A DNA stretch of 64,000 nucleotides from contig JBGPIA010000001.1 of the NCBI GenBank assembly GCA_041484665.1, positions 832,001-896,000 of the forward strand, read 5' to 3'. Position 1 is the stretch's first letter. Every line of letters starts with the position of its first letter. Made by a program: the position numbers and the translations under genes. Below are positions 27,585 to 38,035 of this stretch, one piece after another. The notes beneath the pieces were generated by a model that saw only the letters and a program-made list of their open reading frames with translations, was not told where the DNA came from and did no database searches. Source of the stretch: Candidatus Krumholzibacteriia bacterium (GTDB taxonomy: Bacteria > Krumholzibacteriota > Krumholzibacteriia > JAJRXK01).

Positions 27585-28199
27585 TCACTCGGGCTTGCGC
27601 ACAGCCGCCTTGGAGAGGGCGGCCGTCGCCTTGTCGGGCATCGTGCCGGCGCTGCGCACGACCCACTCGAGACGGACCCTGGCGCTCTCGTAGTTTCCGG
27701 CCTGGGCGTCGCCTTGCGCCTCCTGTAGAGTGCTGGTGAGCGACACCAAGTCGCTGCGGAGCGCGTCAACCATCGCCCGGTTGCCGCGGCTGATCGGCAC
27801 GCCCTCCACGGTCGCGGTGGCGCTGTCCACGGCGGCCTGTGCCTGGGCCATCATCGCCGCGACCTCGGCGCGCAGCCGTTGTTGCTGCGTCTGCATGTTC
27901 GCTTTGGCCTCGGTGACGGCTTGCTTGCCCAGCTGCGTGGCGAGCTCGAACAGGCGCCGCGAGCGGCCGTAGCGCCGCGCCAGCGTGCTCCTCTCACTCT
28001 GCTGCTGCATCGCCGTAACGGCGGCCGCGAACGTGTCGGCGGCGGCATGGAAGGTCGCAGCAGCGTAGTAGTCGGCCTCGACAGTGCGCGCAGCATCCAA
28101 AGCGGCGTTGGCCGCGTGCATCTCGGTTTGGGGGGCGTCGCTGCAGCCGGCGGCGGCAGCCAGAGCCAGGGCGGCAATCGCAGAGGTGAGAAGCCTCAT
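27585..28199 (-). CDS. Coiled-coil lipoprotein (DUF4398-like)
   Basis: Lipobox AAGC; PQTEMHAANAALDAAR...ADYYA; Ala-rich helices. Confidence 0.7.
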   Translation of the reverse strand: MRLLTSAIAALALAAAAGCSDAPQTEMHAANAALDAARTVEADYYAAATFHAAADTFAAAVTAMQQQSERSTLARRYGRSRRLFELATQLGKQAVTEAKANMQTQQQRLRAEVAAMMAQAQAAVDSATATVEGVPISRGNRAMVDALRSDLVSLTSTLQEAQGDAQAGNYESARVRLEWVVRSAGTMPDKATAALSKAAVRKPE

Positions 28200-28537
28200 G
28201 GGTCTGCGGGTCCCTCGGGAATCCTCGGTTCGTGGCGCCGCGGCGCGGGCGGGCACCGGTTGCTGCCCGTTCCAGGGCAACCGAGCCCGAGTGACGGCCG
28301 GCGACACGGATGACGGCCGGCGCAAAAGGTCATGCATCGGCGCCAAATGTCAAGAGGCTCGGCCGCTCCCGGCCCTGCGGTACCCGTGGGCCCGCCGCGG
28401 CAAGGGCGCGCCCGGGCCTGTGAATCCGAGCCGGCGGGGCCGCTGGGGGGTCCAGGCCTCGCAACCGCATGCGTGGGGTGAGGTCCCTTGACCCTGCTCC
28501 CGCCGCTTCTTTACCCTGAAGAGCCCCCCGGGACGCC

Positions 28538-31500
28538 ATGCCACTGGCCACCTTCCACCCCGCCGTCGCCGCCTGGTTCGCCCAGCGCTTTGCGGCGCCC
28601 ACGCCCGCGCAGGCGGCGGCGTGGCCGTCGATCCGCGCCGGCTGCCACACCCTGATCGCCGCGCCCACGGGATCGGGCAAGACGCTGGCTGCGTTCCTGG
28701 CCGCCATCGACGCGCTGGTGGAAGCGGCCCAGCGGGGGGAGCTGGCTGACACCACGCAGGTCGTCTACGTTTCACCGCTGAAGGCGCTTGCCAGCGACAT
28801 CCAGCGCAACCTGCAGGAGCCCCTGGAGGGCATCCGCGAGCAGCTCACGCGCATGGGGCTGCCCGACGCGCCGATCCGCACTCTGGTGCGCAGCGGCGAC
28901 ACGCCGGCCTGGCAGCGGCAGACCATGGCGCGGCGCCCGCCGCACATTCTGGTCACCACGCCCGAGTCACTCTACATCCTGCTCACCAGCGCCTCGGGCC
29001 GCCGCATGCTCGCCACCGCGCGCACGGTGATCGTTGATGAGATCCACGCCGTGCTCGCGGACAAACGCGGCTCACACCTGGCGCTCAGTCTGGAGCGACT
29101 GGAGGAGCTCGCGCAACGGCCGCTCGTGCGCATCGGGCTCTCGGCCACGCAGCGACCGATCGCGGAGGTCGCACGCTTCCTGGTCGGCTGCGGCTCGCTG
29201 ACAAAGGATGGCGCGCCGGGTTGCGCCATCGTCGACGCCGGCCACCGCCGCGACCTCGACTTGCAGATCGAGCTGCCGCGCTCGCCGTTGTCGGCCGTGA
29301 TGGAGGGCGAAGTCTGGGAGGAAACCTACGATCGCCTTGCCCAGCTCGTGGGCGAGCACCGCACGACGTTGATCTTCGTGAACACGCGCCGGATGGCCGA
29401 GCGCGTCAGCCGCCACCTCGGCGAGCGGCTGGGCGAGGACGTTGTCGCCGCGCACCACGGCAGCCTCTCCCGGCAGCGGCGGCAGGCTGTGGAGCAGCGC
29501 CTGAAGGCCGGCGAGCTGCGCGCGCTCGTGGCGACCGCCTCCCTGGAGCTGGGCGTCGACATCGGCGCCGTGGATCTGGTCTGCACTGTGGGCTCCACGC
29601 GCGCGATCGCCACGCTGCTGCAGCGCGTGGGACGCTCGGGCCACTTCCTGGCCGGGCTGCCCAAGGGACGGCTCTTCCCCCTCAGCCGCGACGAGCTGGT
29701 GGAGAGCGCCGCCCTGATGGCTGCCGTGCGCGCCGGCGAGCTCGAGGAGTTGCGGATCCCTCCGCAGCCGCTGGATATCCTGGCCCAACAGATGGTGGCC
29801 GCCGTGGCCTGCCGCGACTATGGGGAGGAAGAGCTCTTCGCGCTCGTGCGCCGCGCGTACCCGTACCGCGATCTCACGCGGGTGGAGTTCGACGCCATCG
29901 TGCAGATGCTGGCCGAGGGCTTCCACACGCGCCGTGGCCGGCGCGGGGCGCTCCTGCACCACGACGTCGTGCACGGGAGGCTGCGCGCGCGGCGGGGCGC
30001 GAGGCTGCTGGCGATGACCTCGGGCGGCGCGATCCCGGACACTGCCGATTACAGCGTGGTGCTGCAGACCAGCGGCACGGTCGTGGGCACGCTCAACGAG
30101 GACTTCGCGATCGAGAGCGCGCCGGGCGATGTGTTCCAGCTCGGCGACAGCAGCTGGCGTATCCTGCGCGTGCAGCAGGGGCGGGTGCTGGTCGACGACG
30201 CGCGCGGCGCGCCGCCGTCGATCCCCTTCTGGCTCGGCGAGGCTCCCGGACGCAGCGCCCAATTGTCCGCTGCCGTGTCACGCCTGCGCGCCGACGTCCA
30301 GCGTTGGCTCGAAGAGGCCGCTGACGATCCGGCGGCCGCCATCGCGTGCACGGCCGAGGCGCTGGCCGACGCCACGGGGATCGGCCGCGCTGCGGCCGAG
30401 CAGGTCGCGGGATACCTTGCGGCCGGGCGTGCGGCGCTCGGCGCGCTCCCGACGCAGCAGCACTTGATCCTGGAGCGCTTCTTCGACGAAGCGGGGGATA
30501 TGCACCTGGTGCTGCATGCCCCGTTCGGCAGCCGACTCAACCGCGCGTGGGGCCTGGCGTTGCGCAAGCGCTTCTGCCGCGCGTTCAACTTCGAGCTGCA
30601 GGCCGCCGCTACCGAAGACTCCATCGTACTGTCTCTGGGACCCACGCACAGCTTTCCGGTAGCCGACGTATTTCGCTACCTGCACTCCAGCAGCGCGCGC
30701 GAAGTGCTGACGCAGGCCTTGCTGGAGGCGCCGATGTTCCCCACGCGCTGGCGTTGGAACGCCACGCGATCCCTGGCGCTACCACGCTGGCGCAGCGGCC
30801 GCAGGGTCGCTGCCCCGCTGCAGCGCATGCAGGCGGAGGACCTGCTCGCTGTCGTGTTCCCCGATCAGCTGGCCTGTGCCGAGAACGTCCCCGGCGATCG
30901 CGACATCCCCGACCATCCGCTGGTGCAGCAGACGGTGCGCGACTGCCTCACCGAGGCCATGGACGTCAGCGCGCTGGAGGGGCTGCTGCGCCAGATCGAA
31001 GCCGGCGAAGTCCGCTGCTCGGCGGTCGAGCTGACGGAGCCATCGCCGCTCGCCCACGAGGTGCTCGGCGCACGGCCCTACGCCTTCCTCGACGACGCGC
31101 CCCTGGAGGAGCGCCGCACGCGCGCTGTGGCGACGCGCCGCTGGATCGACACCGCCGGTGCCGCGGACCTGGGCCGGCTGGACGCGGCCGCCATCGCCAG
31201 CGTGCGGGCCGAGGCCTGGCCGGCGCCCCGTGATGCCGACGAGCTGCACGACGCGCTGGTCGTGGCGGGGTTCGTGACCGCGCAGGAAGGGCGTGACAGC
31301 GGATGGCAGCCGCTCTTCAACATCCTGCGTGGCGACGGGAGCGCGACGCTGCTGCGGGCGCCCGCCCCTGGACACGAGGTGTGGCTGGCCGCGGAGCGCT
31401 TGGACCAGGCACGCGCCGCCTGGCCGCAGGCCGCGCTCGATCCGCCGCTCGCGCCTCTGCCGCGGCGCTCGCCGACGACGTGGAACGCACAGACTGCGTT

Positions 31501-33025
31501 GGTGGAGCTGCTCCGCGGACGGCTGGAGGTACTGGGCCCGGTCACGGCGCGCGCGCTGGCCGTATCCGTTGCGCGCGACGAGGCATCGGTCCTCGCGGCC
31601 CTCGCCGCGCTGGAAACGGAGGGGTTCGTACTGCAGGGCCGCTTCACTCAAGGCGCGCAGCAGCCGGAGTGGTGTGAGCGGCGTCTGCTCGCACGCATCC
31701 ACCGCGCCACCGTCGCCCGGTTGCGCCGCGAAATCGAGCCTGTAGCACCGGCCGACTTCATGCGCTTCCTGTTCGCGTGGCAGCGTGTCGCCGCGACGGA
31801 CAGCGCGGAGGGCATGGAGGGCCTAGCCGCGGTGCTCGAGCAGCTCGAGGGCTTCGCCTGCCCCGCCGCCGCCTGGGAGGAGGAGATCCTCCCCGCTCGC
31901 GTGCGCGGCTACGAGCCGGCATGGCTGGACGGGCTGTGCCTCTCGGGACGGTTCCTGTGGGCGCGGGGCGCCGGGACCACGGCGCCGCGGGAGAGCTCGC
32001 CGCGCACGGCCGTCCTGCGCACGACCCCCATCTGCCTGGTGCGGCGCGCCAACGCCGCGCTGTGGCGAGCGGGCACGGCCGCCAGCCCGAGCGTGGGCGC
32101 CGCGGCGGGGGCGGCCGCCTTGTCCCACCCCGCGCAGTCCGCTCTGCGCGTCCTTTACGCACGTGGCGCGAGCTTTTTCGAGGAGATCGTGCAGTCCACC
32201 GGGCTGTTGCGCACGCAGACCGAACTGGCGCTCGCCGAGTTGGTGGCGCGCGGACTGGTGAGCGCCGACAGTACGGCGGGCCTGCGGGCGCTGCTCGTGC
32301 CCGCGCGCGAGAAGGAGCGGGCGGAGCGCCGCAGCCGCCGCCGGCTGCGGGCTGCAGCGCGCATCGAGCAGGCGGGCCGTTGGTACTGTATTGGCGCTGC
32401 TGCTGGCGCGTTGCACGCGGACGGCCGGACGGGTGCTGCGCCCACTGTCGCCCCGGACGCCGCGCGCGGCGCGACGCGCGATGGGACGCTTGAGCGGGCG
32501 CGCGGTGCCGGGCGTCTTGACGATGCGGCTCATCCGGACGACTCGGATCTGGAGTCGATCGCGCGCACGCTGCTGCGCCGCTACGGCGTCGTCTTCCGCC
32601 GGCTGCTGGAGCGCGAGCCGGGCCTGCCTCCGTGGCGCAATCTGCTGCCTTTGCTGTGGCGGCTGGAGGCGCGCGGCGAGCTGCGCGGCGGGCGTTTCGT
32701 GGACACGTTTTCAGGCGAACAGTTCGCCCTGGCCGCGGCCGTCGCGCGGCTACGCGAGGTGCGCCGCGACGAGCGCCGCGGCATCCTGGTCGGCGTCAGC
32801 GCGGCCGACCCTCTCAACTTGACGGGGATCGTCACGTCCGGCGAGCGCGTCCCGGGGCTGACGCGCAATCGCGTGCTCTATCGCGACGGCGAGCCCATCG
32901 CGGTCTACGAGGGGCGGGTGGTGAAGCTCCTGGTCGGCGCTGCTTCGGCGCAGGCCTGGGAGATCCAGCGGGCGCTGGTGCGCCGCGCGCCGGCGCATTC
33001 GCGGGCGGCGGCGGGCGAGCGCTGA
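28538..33025 (+). CDS. lhr: Lhr-family ATP-dependent helicase (long form)
   Basis: [51 protein letters not shown]-terminal winged-helix region ([19 protein letters not shown]). Confidence 0.95.
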   Translation: MPLATFHPAVAAWFAQRFAAPTPAQAAAWPSIRAGCHTLIAAPTGSGKTLAAFLAAIDALVEAAQRGELADTTQVVYVSPLKALASDIQRNLQEPLEGIREQLTRMGLPDAPIRTLVRSGDTPAWQRQTMARRPPHILVTTPESLYILLTSASGRRMLATARTVIVDEIHAVLADKRGSHLALSLERLEELAQRPLVRIGLSATQRPIAEVARFLVGCGSLTKDGAPGCAIVDAGHRRDLDLQIELPRSPLSAVMEGEVWEETYDRLAQLVGEHRTTLIFVNTRRMAERVSRHLGERLGEDVVAAHHGSLSRQRRQAVEQRLKAGELRALVATASLELGVDIGAVDLVCTVGSTRAIATLLQRVGRSGHFLAGLPKGRLFPLSRDELVESAALMAAVRAGELEELRIPPQPLDILAQQMVAAVACRDYGEEELFALVRRAYPYRDLTRVEFDAIVQMLAEGFHTRRGRRGALLHHDVVHGRLRARRGARLLAMTSGGAIPDTADYSVVLQTSGTVVGTLNEDFAIESAPGDVFQLGDSSWRILRVQQGRVLVDDARGAPPSIPFWLGEAPGRSAQLSAAVSRLRADVQRWLEEAADDPAAAIACTAEALADATGIGRAAAEQVAGYLAAGRAALGALPTQQHLILERFFDEAGDMHLVLHAPFGSRLNRAWGLALRKRFCRAFNFELQAAATEDSIVLSLGPTHSFPVADVFRYLHSSSAREVLTQALLEAPMFPTRWRWNATRSLALPRWRSGRRVAAPLQRMQAEDLLAVVFPDQLACAENVPGDRDIPDHPLVQQTVRDCLTEAMDVSALEGLLRQIEAGEVRCSAVELTEPSPLAHEVLGARPYAFLDDAPLEERRTRAVATRRWIDTAGAADLGRLDAAAIASVRAEAWPAPRDADELHDALVVAGFVTAQEGRDSGWQPLFNILRGDGSATLLRAPAPGHEVWLAAERLDQARAAWPQAALDPPLAPLPRRSPTTWNAQTALVELLRGRLEVLGPVTARALAVSVARDEASVLAALAALETEGFVLQGRFTQGAQQPEWCERRLLARIHRATVARLRREIEPVAPADFMRFLFAWQRVAATDSAEGMEGLAAVLEQLEGFACPAAAWEEEILPARVRGYEPAWLDGLCLSGRFLWARGAGTTAPRESSPRTAVLRTTPICLVRRANAALWRAGTAASPSVGAAAGAAALSHPAQSALRVLYARGASFFEEIVQSTGLLRTQTELALAELVARGLVSADSTAGLRALLVPAREKERAERRSRRRLRAAARIEQAGRWYCIGAAAGALHADGRTGAAPTVAPDAARGATRDGTLERARGAGRLDDAAHPDDSDLESIARTLLRRYGVVFRRLLEREPGLPPWRNLLPLLWRLEARGELRGGRFVDTFSGEQFALAAAVARLREVRRDERRGILVGVSAADPLNLTGIVTSGERVPGLTRNRVLYRDGEPIAVYEGRVVKLLVGAASAQAWEIQRALVRRAPAHSRAAAGER

Positions 33026-33128
33026 GCGGCCCCGCAGGAGCGCTGCGCGGCGGCGCCTCCCACTGCGCGCGTCCAGCGGCCTGCGGTCGCTTGGGACCAC
33101 CAGCGAGTTCCCGGTGCGCCCCCCGCGG

Positions 33129-33911
33129 TTAGTCGCCCTGCTGCTGCAGTATGGCTTCCAGCCTGCGCTGCTCCTTGCCCCGCAGGTGGCCGTGGAATGC
33201 CTGCAGCGGACCGATCATCGAGTAGATCAGCCCGGAGATCCCGATCCACGGCCCGGGTAGGACGCTGGCGAGCAGGATCGAGGCCAGCCCCACACCCGTC
33301 ATGATCAGGCTGTAGCGGATCTCTGCTCGCGCCACCAGCGCCTCCAGCGCGTTGAGCTGCAGCCGCGCGCGGCTGCGCCAGGCGTGCAGGTAGAGCAGGG
33401 CGAACAGCAAGTAGATGGAGGAGAAGCCCGCGCTGTAGATCCACATCAGCGTGCGCACCTGGGAGCCGTCGATCACGTGTAGCACGGACCCGTCCGGCTG
33501 CATCACGTTCGCTGGAAAGCCGGCGAAGATCCACCGAAACAGGAACTTGAGGGGATAGACGTAGAGCAGCACCAGGAACAGGATGGCGAAATTGAGCAGC
33601 ATCGTCCATCCGTCGCTCATGGCGAACCGGCGGAAGAACGCGTAGTGCTCTCGCCAGAGCATCACCAGGCTCGCGAAGCAGACCGCGAATGCCAGCGTCT
33701 CGCGCATCACCGCCATGAGCTGGTCGAAGCTGTGCGGCACCTCGAGCGAGACCACCAGCAGGGTGACGGCGAACGCGAAGACTGCATCGCTGAACGTCTC
33801 CAGCCGGGGCACGTCGGCACCCCTCCAGCGCAGCGTCAACCCGCCCCGGTCCGCGTTGCCAGCGTGCGTTGCCAAGAGCACCTCCCGGTTGGACGCCCCG
33901 CGCGCGGCCAC
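33129..33911 (-). CDS. TMEM175-family (DUF1211) potassium channel
   Basis: RLETFSDAVFAFAVTLLV signature; about 6 TMs. Confidence 0.85.
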   Translation of the reverse strand: MAARGASNREVLLATHAGNADRGGLTLRWRGADVPRLETFSDAVFAFAVTLLVVSLEVPHSFDQLMAVMRETLAFAVCFASLVMLWREHYAFFRRFAMSDGWTMLLNFAILFLVLLYVYPLKFLFRWIFAGFPANVMQPDGSVLHVIDGSQVRTLMWIYSAGFSSIYLLFALLYLHAWRSRARLQLNALEALVARAEIRYSLIMTGVGLASILLASVLPGPWIGISGLIYSMIGPLQAFHGHLRGKEQRRLEAILQQQGD

Positions 33912-34090
33912 CGCGCCGTGCTCTCATCCACGGCCCGGCCGCGCGTCAAATCGATCGAGAGTACCCCGTCGCCGGCGCCACCTCCAACAGCCGGCGCAGC
34001 GCCGTCGCGGTCGCCGCGGCTGCGTCGCCGCCGCCGCCGCTTCGTCACGCGCGTGCCGCCGGCTGCCGGAGCACCTCCGACTGACGGTTG

Positions 34091-34120
34091 TTGACAGCGC
34101 CGCAGCAGCGTCTCTAGCAT
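34091..34120 (+). promoter_or_regulatory. Sigma70-like promoter, probably giving a leaderless BMC-T mRNA
   Basis: TTGACA-N18-TAGCAT with ATG (34128) 7 nt after the -10 box; no Shine-Dalgarno. Confidence 0.6.
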
Positions 34121-34127
34121 GGTCGCC

Positions 34128-34751
34128 ATGATCGAGCTGCGCACCTTCGCCTTCCTGGACCAGCTTCAGCCCCAGCTGGCGGGGCAAATCGGGACGACCT
34201 CGCGCGGCTTTATGCCCACCCCAGGCGTCGCCTCGCTATGGGTGGAGATCGCGCCCGGAATCAGCATCCACCGCCTGCTCGACTCCGCGCTGAAGGCCAC
34301 CAGCTGCCAGCCGGCCACCATCGCGGTCGAACGCGCCTTCGGCGTGCTGGAGGTGCACCATGCCGACCAAGGGCAGGTGCGCCAGGCCGGCGCCGCGATC
34401 CTGATGGGCATCGAGCGCAGCGAATCCGACCGCGCCAAACCGCGATTGGTCTCCTCGCAGATCATCCGCTCCGTCGAGTCCTATCACACCCAGCTCATCA
34501 ACCGAACGCGCTACGGATCGATGATCCTGCCCGGCCAGTCGCTGTACATCCTGGAAACCGAGCCGGCCGCCTACTGCATGCTGGCCGCCAATGAGGCCGA
34601 GAAGGCCGCGCAGATCATGCTGGTGGACGTGATCCCGATCGGCGCCTACGGGCGCTTGTACCTGGCCGGCCCGGAGGCCCAGATCGACGCGGCCAAGGAG
34701 GCGGCCGAGCGGGCGCTCGCCTCGCTCAGCGGGCGCAGCTCCGAGGAATAA
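34128..34751 (+). CDS. Bacterial microcompartment tandem-domain shell protein (CcmP/BMC-T double-stacking type)
   Basis: [70 protein letters not shown]. Confidence 0.92.
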   Translation: MIELRTFAFLDQLQPQLAGQIGTTSRGFMPTPGVASLWVEIAPGISIHRLLDSALKATSCQPATIAVERAFGVLEVHHADQGQVRQAGAAILMGIERSESDRAKPRLVSSQIIRSVESYHTQLINRTRYGSMILPGQSLYILETEPAAYCMLAANEAEKAAQIMLVDVIPIGAYGRLYLAGPEAQIDAAKEAAERALASLSGRSSEE

Positions 34752-34805
34752 CCGGCGAGGAATACGCCGCGTTTTTGGACCGCTGCCCGCGCGCCCGCTT
34801 TGACC

Positions 34806-35309
34806 ATGCAGCAGCCCCCTGCGCAGCCCGAGCGCACCCCCCTTCCCTGGAGCCGCTTCTGCTTCGTGTGCGGTGCCGACAATCCCATCGGGCTGCGAGC
34901 GCGAAGCTACAAGGTCGGCGGCGCGATCGAGCTGCCCTTCGTGGTTCGGCCCGAGTTCGCAGGCTGGAGCGAGGTCGCGCACGGTGGGCTGATCGCAACG
35001 GTGCTCGATGAGGTGATGACCTGGGCCGCGATCCTGGGCAGCGAGAAGCCCTGCTTCGCCGCCGAGCTCACCGTGCGCTTGCAGAAGCCCCTGCCTCCGC
35101 GGACCGACTGCGTGGCGGTGGGAAGCGTGACTGCGATGCGCCGCAGCATCGCCGACACCGCCGCGTTCCTGCGCGACACGGGCGGCCAGATCTACGCGCG
35201 GGCCACGGGGCGCTACATGCCGGTGCCACCTGATCGCATGGCTCATCTGCGCCAGGACTTCGTCCGCACACCGGACTGCCTGGACGTCGCGCGATTCTTC
35301 GGCCAGTGA
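34806..35309 (+). CDS. PaaI-family hotdog thioesterase
   Basis: CFVCGADNPIGL, HGGLIATVLDE, LTVRLQKP. Confidence 0.88.
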   Translation: MQQPPAQPERTPLPWSRFCFVCGADNPIGLRARSYKVGGAIELPFVVRPEFAGWSEVAHGGLIATVLDEVMTWAAILGSEKPCFAAELTVRLQKPLPPRTDCVAVGSVTAMRRSIADTAAFLRDTGGQIYARATGRYMPVPPDRMAHLRQDFVRTPDCLDVARFFGQ

Positions 35310-35355
35310 ACGGAGCAGCTGGTCGCGGCGCGGCGGTGTCCGCCGGACCACCCCT

Positions 35356-36723
35356 TCAGAACGCCTCGTCCAGCGTCAGGTAGAAGCGAACCGAGCCCTG
35401 CCCCACCGCTGCATCGAGGCGGGCGCGTAGGTCATCGCGCCCTGCAACGCGAGCTCGCAGACCCCCACCCACGGTGGGGCGCATGTGCTCCAGCTGCAGG
35501 CGGCGCAGCGTGGGCGCCACGTCGCCCAGCCCGGCGAAGGCCGTCATCCCCAGGCGCCACCAAAGGTCGGCCCGGTACTCCCCCTGGAAGGCCATCAGCA
35601 CGCGGTCCACGTACCGACCGAGGCGGTAGCCGCGGCTGTGGGCCCGCCCGCCCAGCTCGGCGAACCGCCAGATGGGCGGCGATCCGCGCGAGGAGTAGAC
35701 GAAGAACTGCGTGGCCAGCACGTGCTCGCCACCCAGCGGCAGGTACTTGCGCAGGTCGAGGTTGTAGTTGTTGAAATCGTAGGCGCTGCCCAGCGCGTCG
35801 TCGAACACCATGGCGAAGGCCTGGTGGTAGCTGCCACGCGTGGGCGAGTAGCGCCGGTTGCGCGTGTCCCACTCCAGCAGCAGCCCCGTGCCGACCACGC
35901 CCTTTCCCTGCGTTCCGGGCAGGCCGGCAGACTCCAGTTGCTGGCCCGCCTCCCGCTCCAGGTAGCTGAAGCTCTCCCCCTCGAAGCGCACGCCCACGCC
36001 CAGCTGCGCGAGGATCCGGCGGTGCAGCTCCAGGTACGCCAAGAGGTCGCGCGGTCGATAGATCTCCTCTGCGTTCGAGGGGGAATCGGGTCCGACCCCC
36101 CAGAAGCGTCGGGCCAGGTCGGTGTAGCTCACCTTGGCGCGGACGGAGTACGTGCCGTCGCCGAAGTAGACGTCGTTGACGAACTCCGCGCGCATCTGCC
36201 CGTTGAGGGTGATCAGCCCCTTGAGCCAGACGTCGGAGTCGTGCGTGGAGGCCAGGGCGCCCGGCCCGCGGAAGGGCCGCACCAGTTGCGCGCCCATTCC
36301 CAGCTTTGTCTCGCTCGCGTAGTGCACGGTAGGCAGGAAGACGAAGCGCCCGAACATCAACCGCGGTGGGAGCAGCCGCGAATGGCCGCGAGCATGGCCG
36401 TCGGATGTGGACGGGGGAGCGGAGATGGTGGAAGCGCTGCTCGCGGCCGCCATGCTGTCCGCCGGCGCTGCACCGCCCGCGCGAACCGGACCGGCGAGCG
36501 CGCGCGACAGCGGCGCGGTGGCGACCAGCGCGAGGGTGAGCACGATGAGCGCGAGGACGAGCAGGTCGCACCGTCGAGCGTGCTGCCCGCGGCCCGCGAC
36601 GCGTGCTGGACAGATGCGGCGCACTTGGAGGGTCCCTCGCGCATACGGACACCAGGCCACGGCCGTGCAGCCGCGGAGAATCCCCAGGTCAACGGGGCGT
36701 CGGCGCAACGTTGTGGGGGTCAT
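35356..36723 (-). CDS. BamA/TamA (Omp85)-family outer membrane beta-barrel (start uncertain)
   Basis: WDTRNRRYSPTRG, LDLRKY, LGG...RGY..GRYVD, GGGLR; C-terminal beta-signal FYLTLDEAF; hydrophobic signal-like stretch near 36500-36570. Confidence 0.8.
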   Translation of the reverse strand: MTPTTLRRRPVDLGILRGCTAVAWCPYARGTLQVRRICPARVAGRGQHARRCDLLVLALIVLTLALVATAPLSRALAGPVRAGGAAPADSMAAASSASTISAPPSTSDGHARGHSRLLPPRLMFGRFVFLPTVHYASETKLGMGAQLVRPFRGPGALASTHDSDVWLKGLITLNGQMRAEFVNDVYFGDGTYSVRAKVSYTDLARRFWGVGPDSPSNAEEIYRPRDLLAYLELHRRILAQLGVGVRFEGESFSYLEREAGQQLESAGLPGTQGKGVVGTGLLLEWDTRNRRYSPTRGSYHQAFAMVFDDALGSAYDFNNYNLDLRKYLPLGGEHVLATQFFVYSSRGSPPIWRFAELGGRAHSRGYRLGRYVDRVLMAFQGEYRADLWWRLGMTAFAGLGDVAPTLRRLQLEHMRPTVGGGLRARVAGRDDLRARLDAAVGQGSVRFYLTLDEAF

Positions 36724-36940
36724 AGCCCTGCCCGGAAGGGATCGGGTCGACGGTCGATTGCCGCGCCGCCTCGAGCTGCGCAGCCTGGCCGAGCATCCAG
36801 CCTTTCGATCGCCTTGACGGTCTCGCCGGCCCGCAGGCGCTCGCTGCAGCGCTGCACGCCGACGATGTGTCCCCGACGACGGCGCGCAACCGGGTGAGGC
36901 TACCGGGAAGCCCGGCGCGCCGCAAGATGGTTGCGGGCTC

Positions 36941-37822
36941 GTGTGGTTGCGGGCTCGTCACCGCCGACGCCGGCGGGAGCCTCGCCTGGACAGCCCTCAA
37001 GCGCGGCTGGACGAGACACGCATCAAGCACCTTCCCTCCAAGCTGCTGGGCATCTTGAGCTGCCTGGTGTATCTGCGCATGCAGCGGCTCGGCGCGCGCG
37101 AGGTCGGACTCGTCGCACGCGGCGCGGGCAGGGCGATCCTGTTGGGGACACTGCTCTCGCTGACGGCCGGTCTCGCGGCGTACGGTGCGCCCCTCTACGT
37201 GCTGCGTGGCGCGAACGTACGCATCACGCTGGGCGCGGGAGCCACCTCGACGCTGACCGCGACCGGGCTAATGCTGCTGCTGGTCTTTCACCTGGGCAAT
37301 GGGCTGCTCCACGCCGTATCGGGAATCTGGAACGAGCTGTTCGGGCTGTTGGAGGTCCGCACCCACGGCGCGCTGGGCGCCACCGGCGGCACGACGGTGC
37401 TGCTCGTCCCGATGCTGTTCGTCGTCGCCGTCCAGCTAATGGACATCGGGCGCACCGCGCGGGTTGCGCCGTGGGGAGCGCCGGCGGCCGGGCCGGAGGC
37501 TCCCGGATGCCACGCGCCAGCCCCGCTCCCAACTTCGCTCTACGCCAGCACTTGCCGACCGCCCCCGCCCCGCGGGCGGAACGGTCCTGGGCGGAGCCGG
37601 CCGGGGTCCACGCGCGGCGCGCAGACCGACTGGGCGGTGGCGGGCGGTCGGCGCCTGCCCCGCGTCCCGCAGGTCACAGAATCGAACTTGCGGAGGGCGG
37701 CCGTCGGTCTAGACTTGATCATGGAATCGGGAACGAGAAGCGAGAGGGCGCCCGGCACGCGCGGGCCCGCAGACTTCGGACGGCACTGGCTCGTTGTGGG
37801 CCCAACGGGCGCCGACAGGTGA
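36941..37822 (+). pseudogene. Membrane protein, possibly a degenerate CPBP-family protease remnant
   Basis: Hydrophobic core (SKLLGILSCLVYL...AILLGTLLSL...HLGNGLLH) between non-coding-looking ends; no EExxxR motif visible. Confidence 0.3.
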
Positions 37823-37837
37823 AGCACTGGGACCGGG

Positions 37838-37866
37838 GGGGGGCGCGGACGCGCCCCCCTCTTGTT
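37838..37866. terminator. GC-rich hairpin between convergent ORFs
   Basis: GGGGGGCGC-GGAC-GCGCCCCCC followed by TCTTGTT. Confidence 0.5.
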
Positions 37867-38035
37867 GGATCGTGGCGCTGCGTTCGGCGCCGCTGGTCGC
37901 GCGCCTGGTTGCGTTGCTCGTTGCGCTGTTCGTGGTGCTGCGCGACGCGCTGCCGGTTGCACTACGCCGTGCCCCACTTGGGACGCTGTGTGTCGAGCGG
38001 CGTCTCGCGCCGCGCTGCCCGATGCGACCCGCCGT

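Noticed and set aside
28538..33025. Lhr helicase as part of an anti-phage system
   Set aside because: Typical standalone long Lhr with no adjacent defence genes.
33129..34751. Functional link between TMEM175 and the divergent BMC-T gene
   Set aside because: Only adjacency; no shared operator seen.
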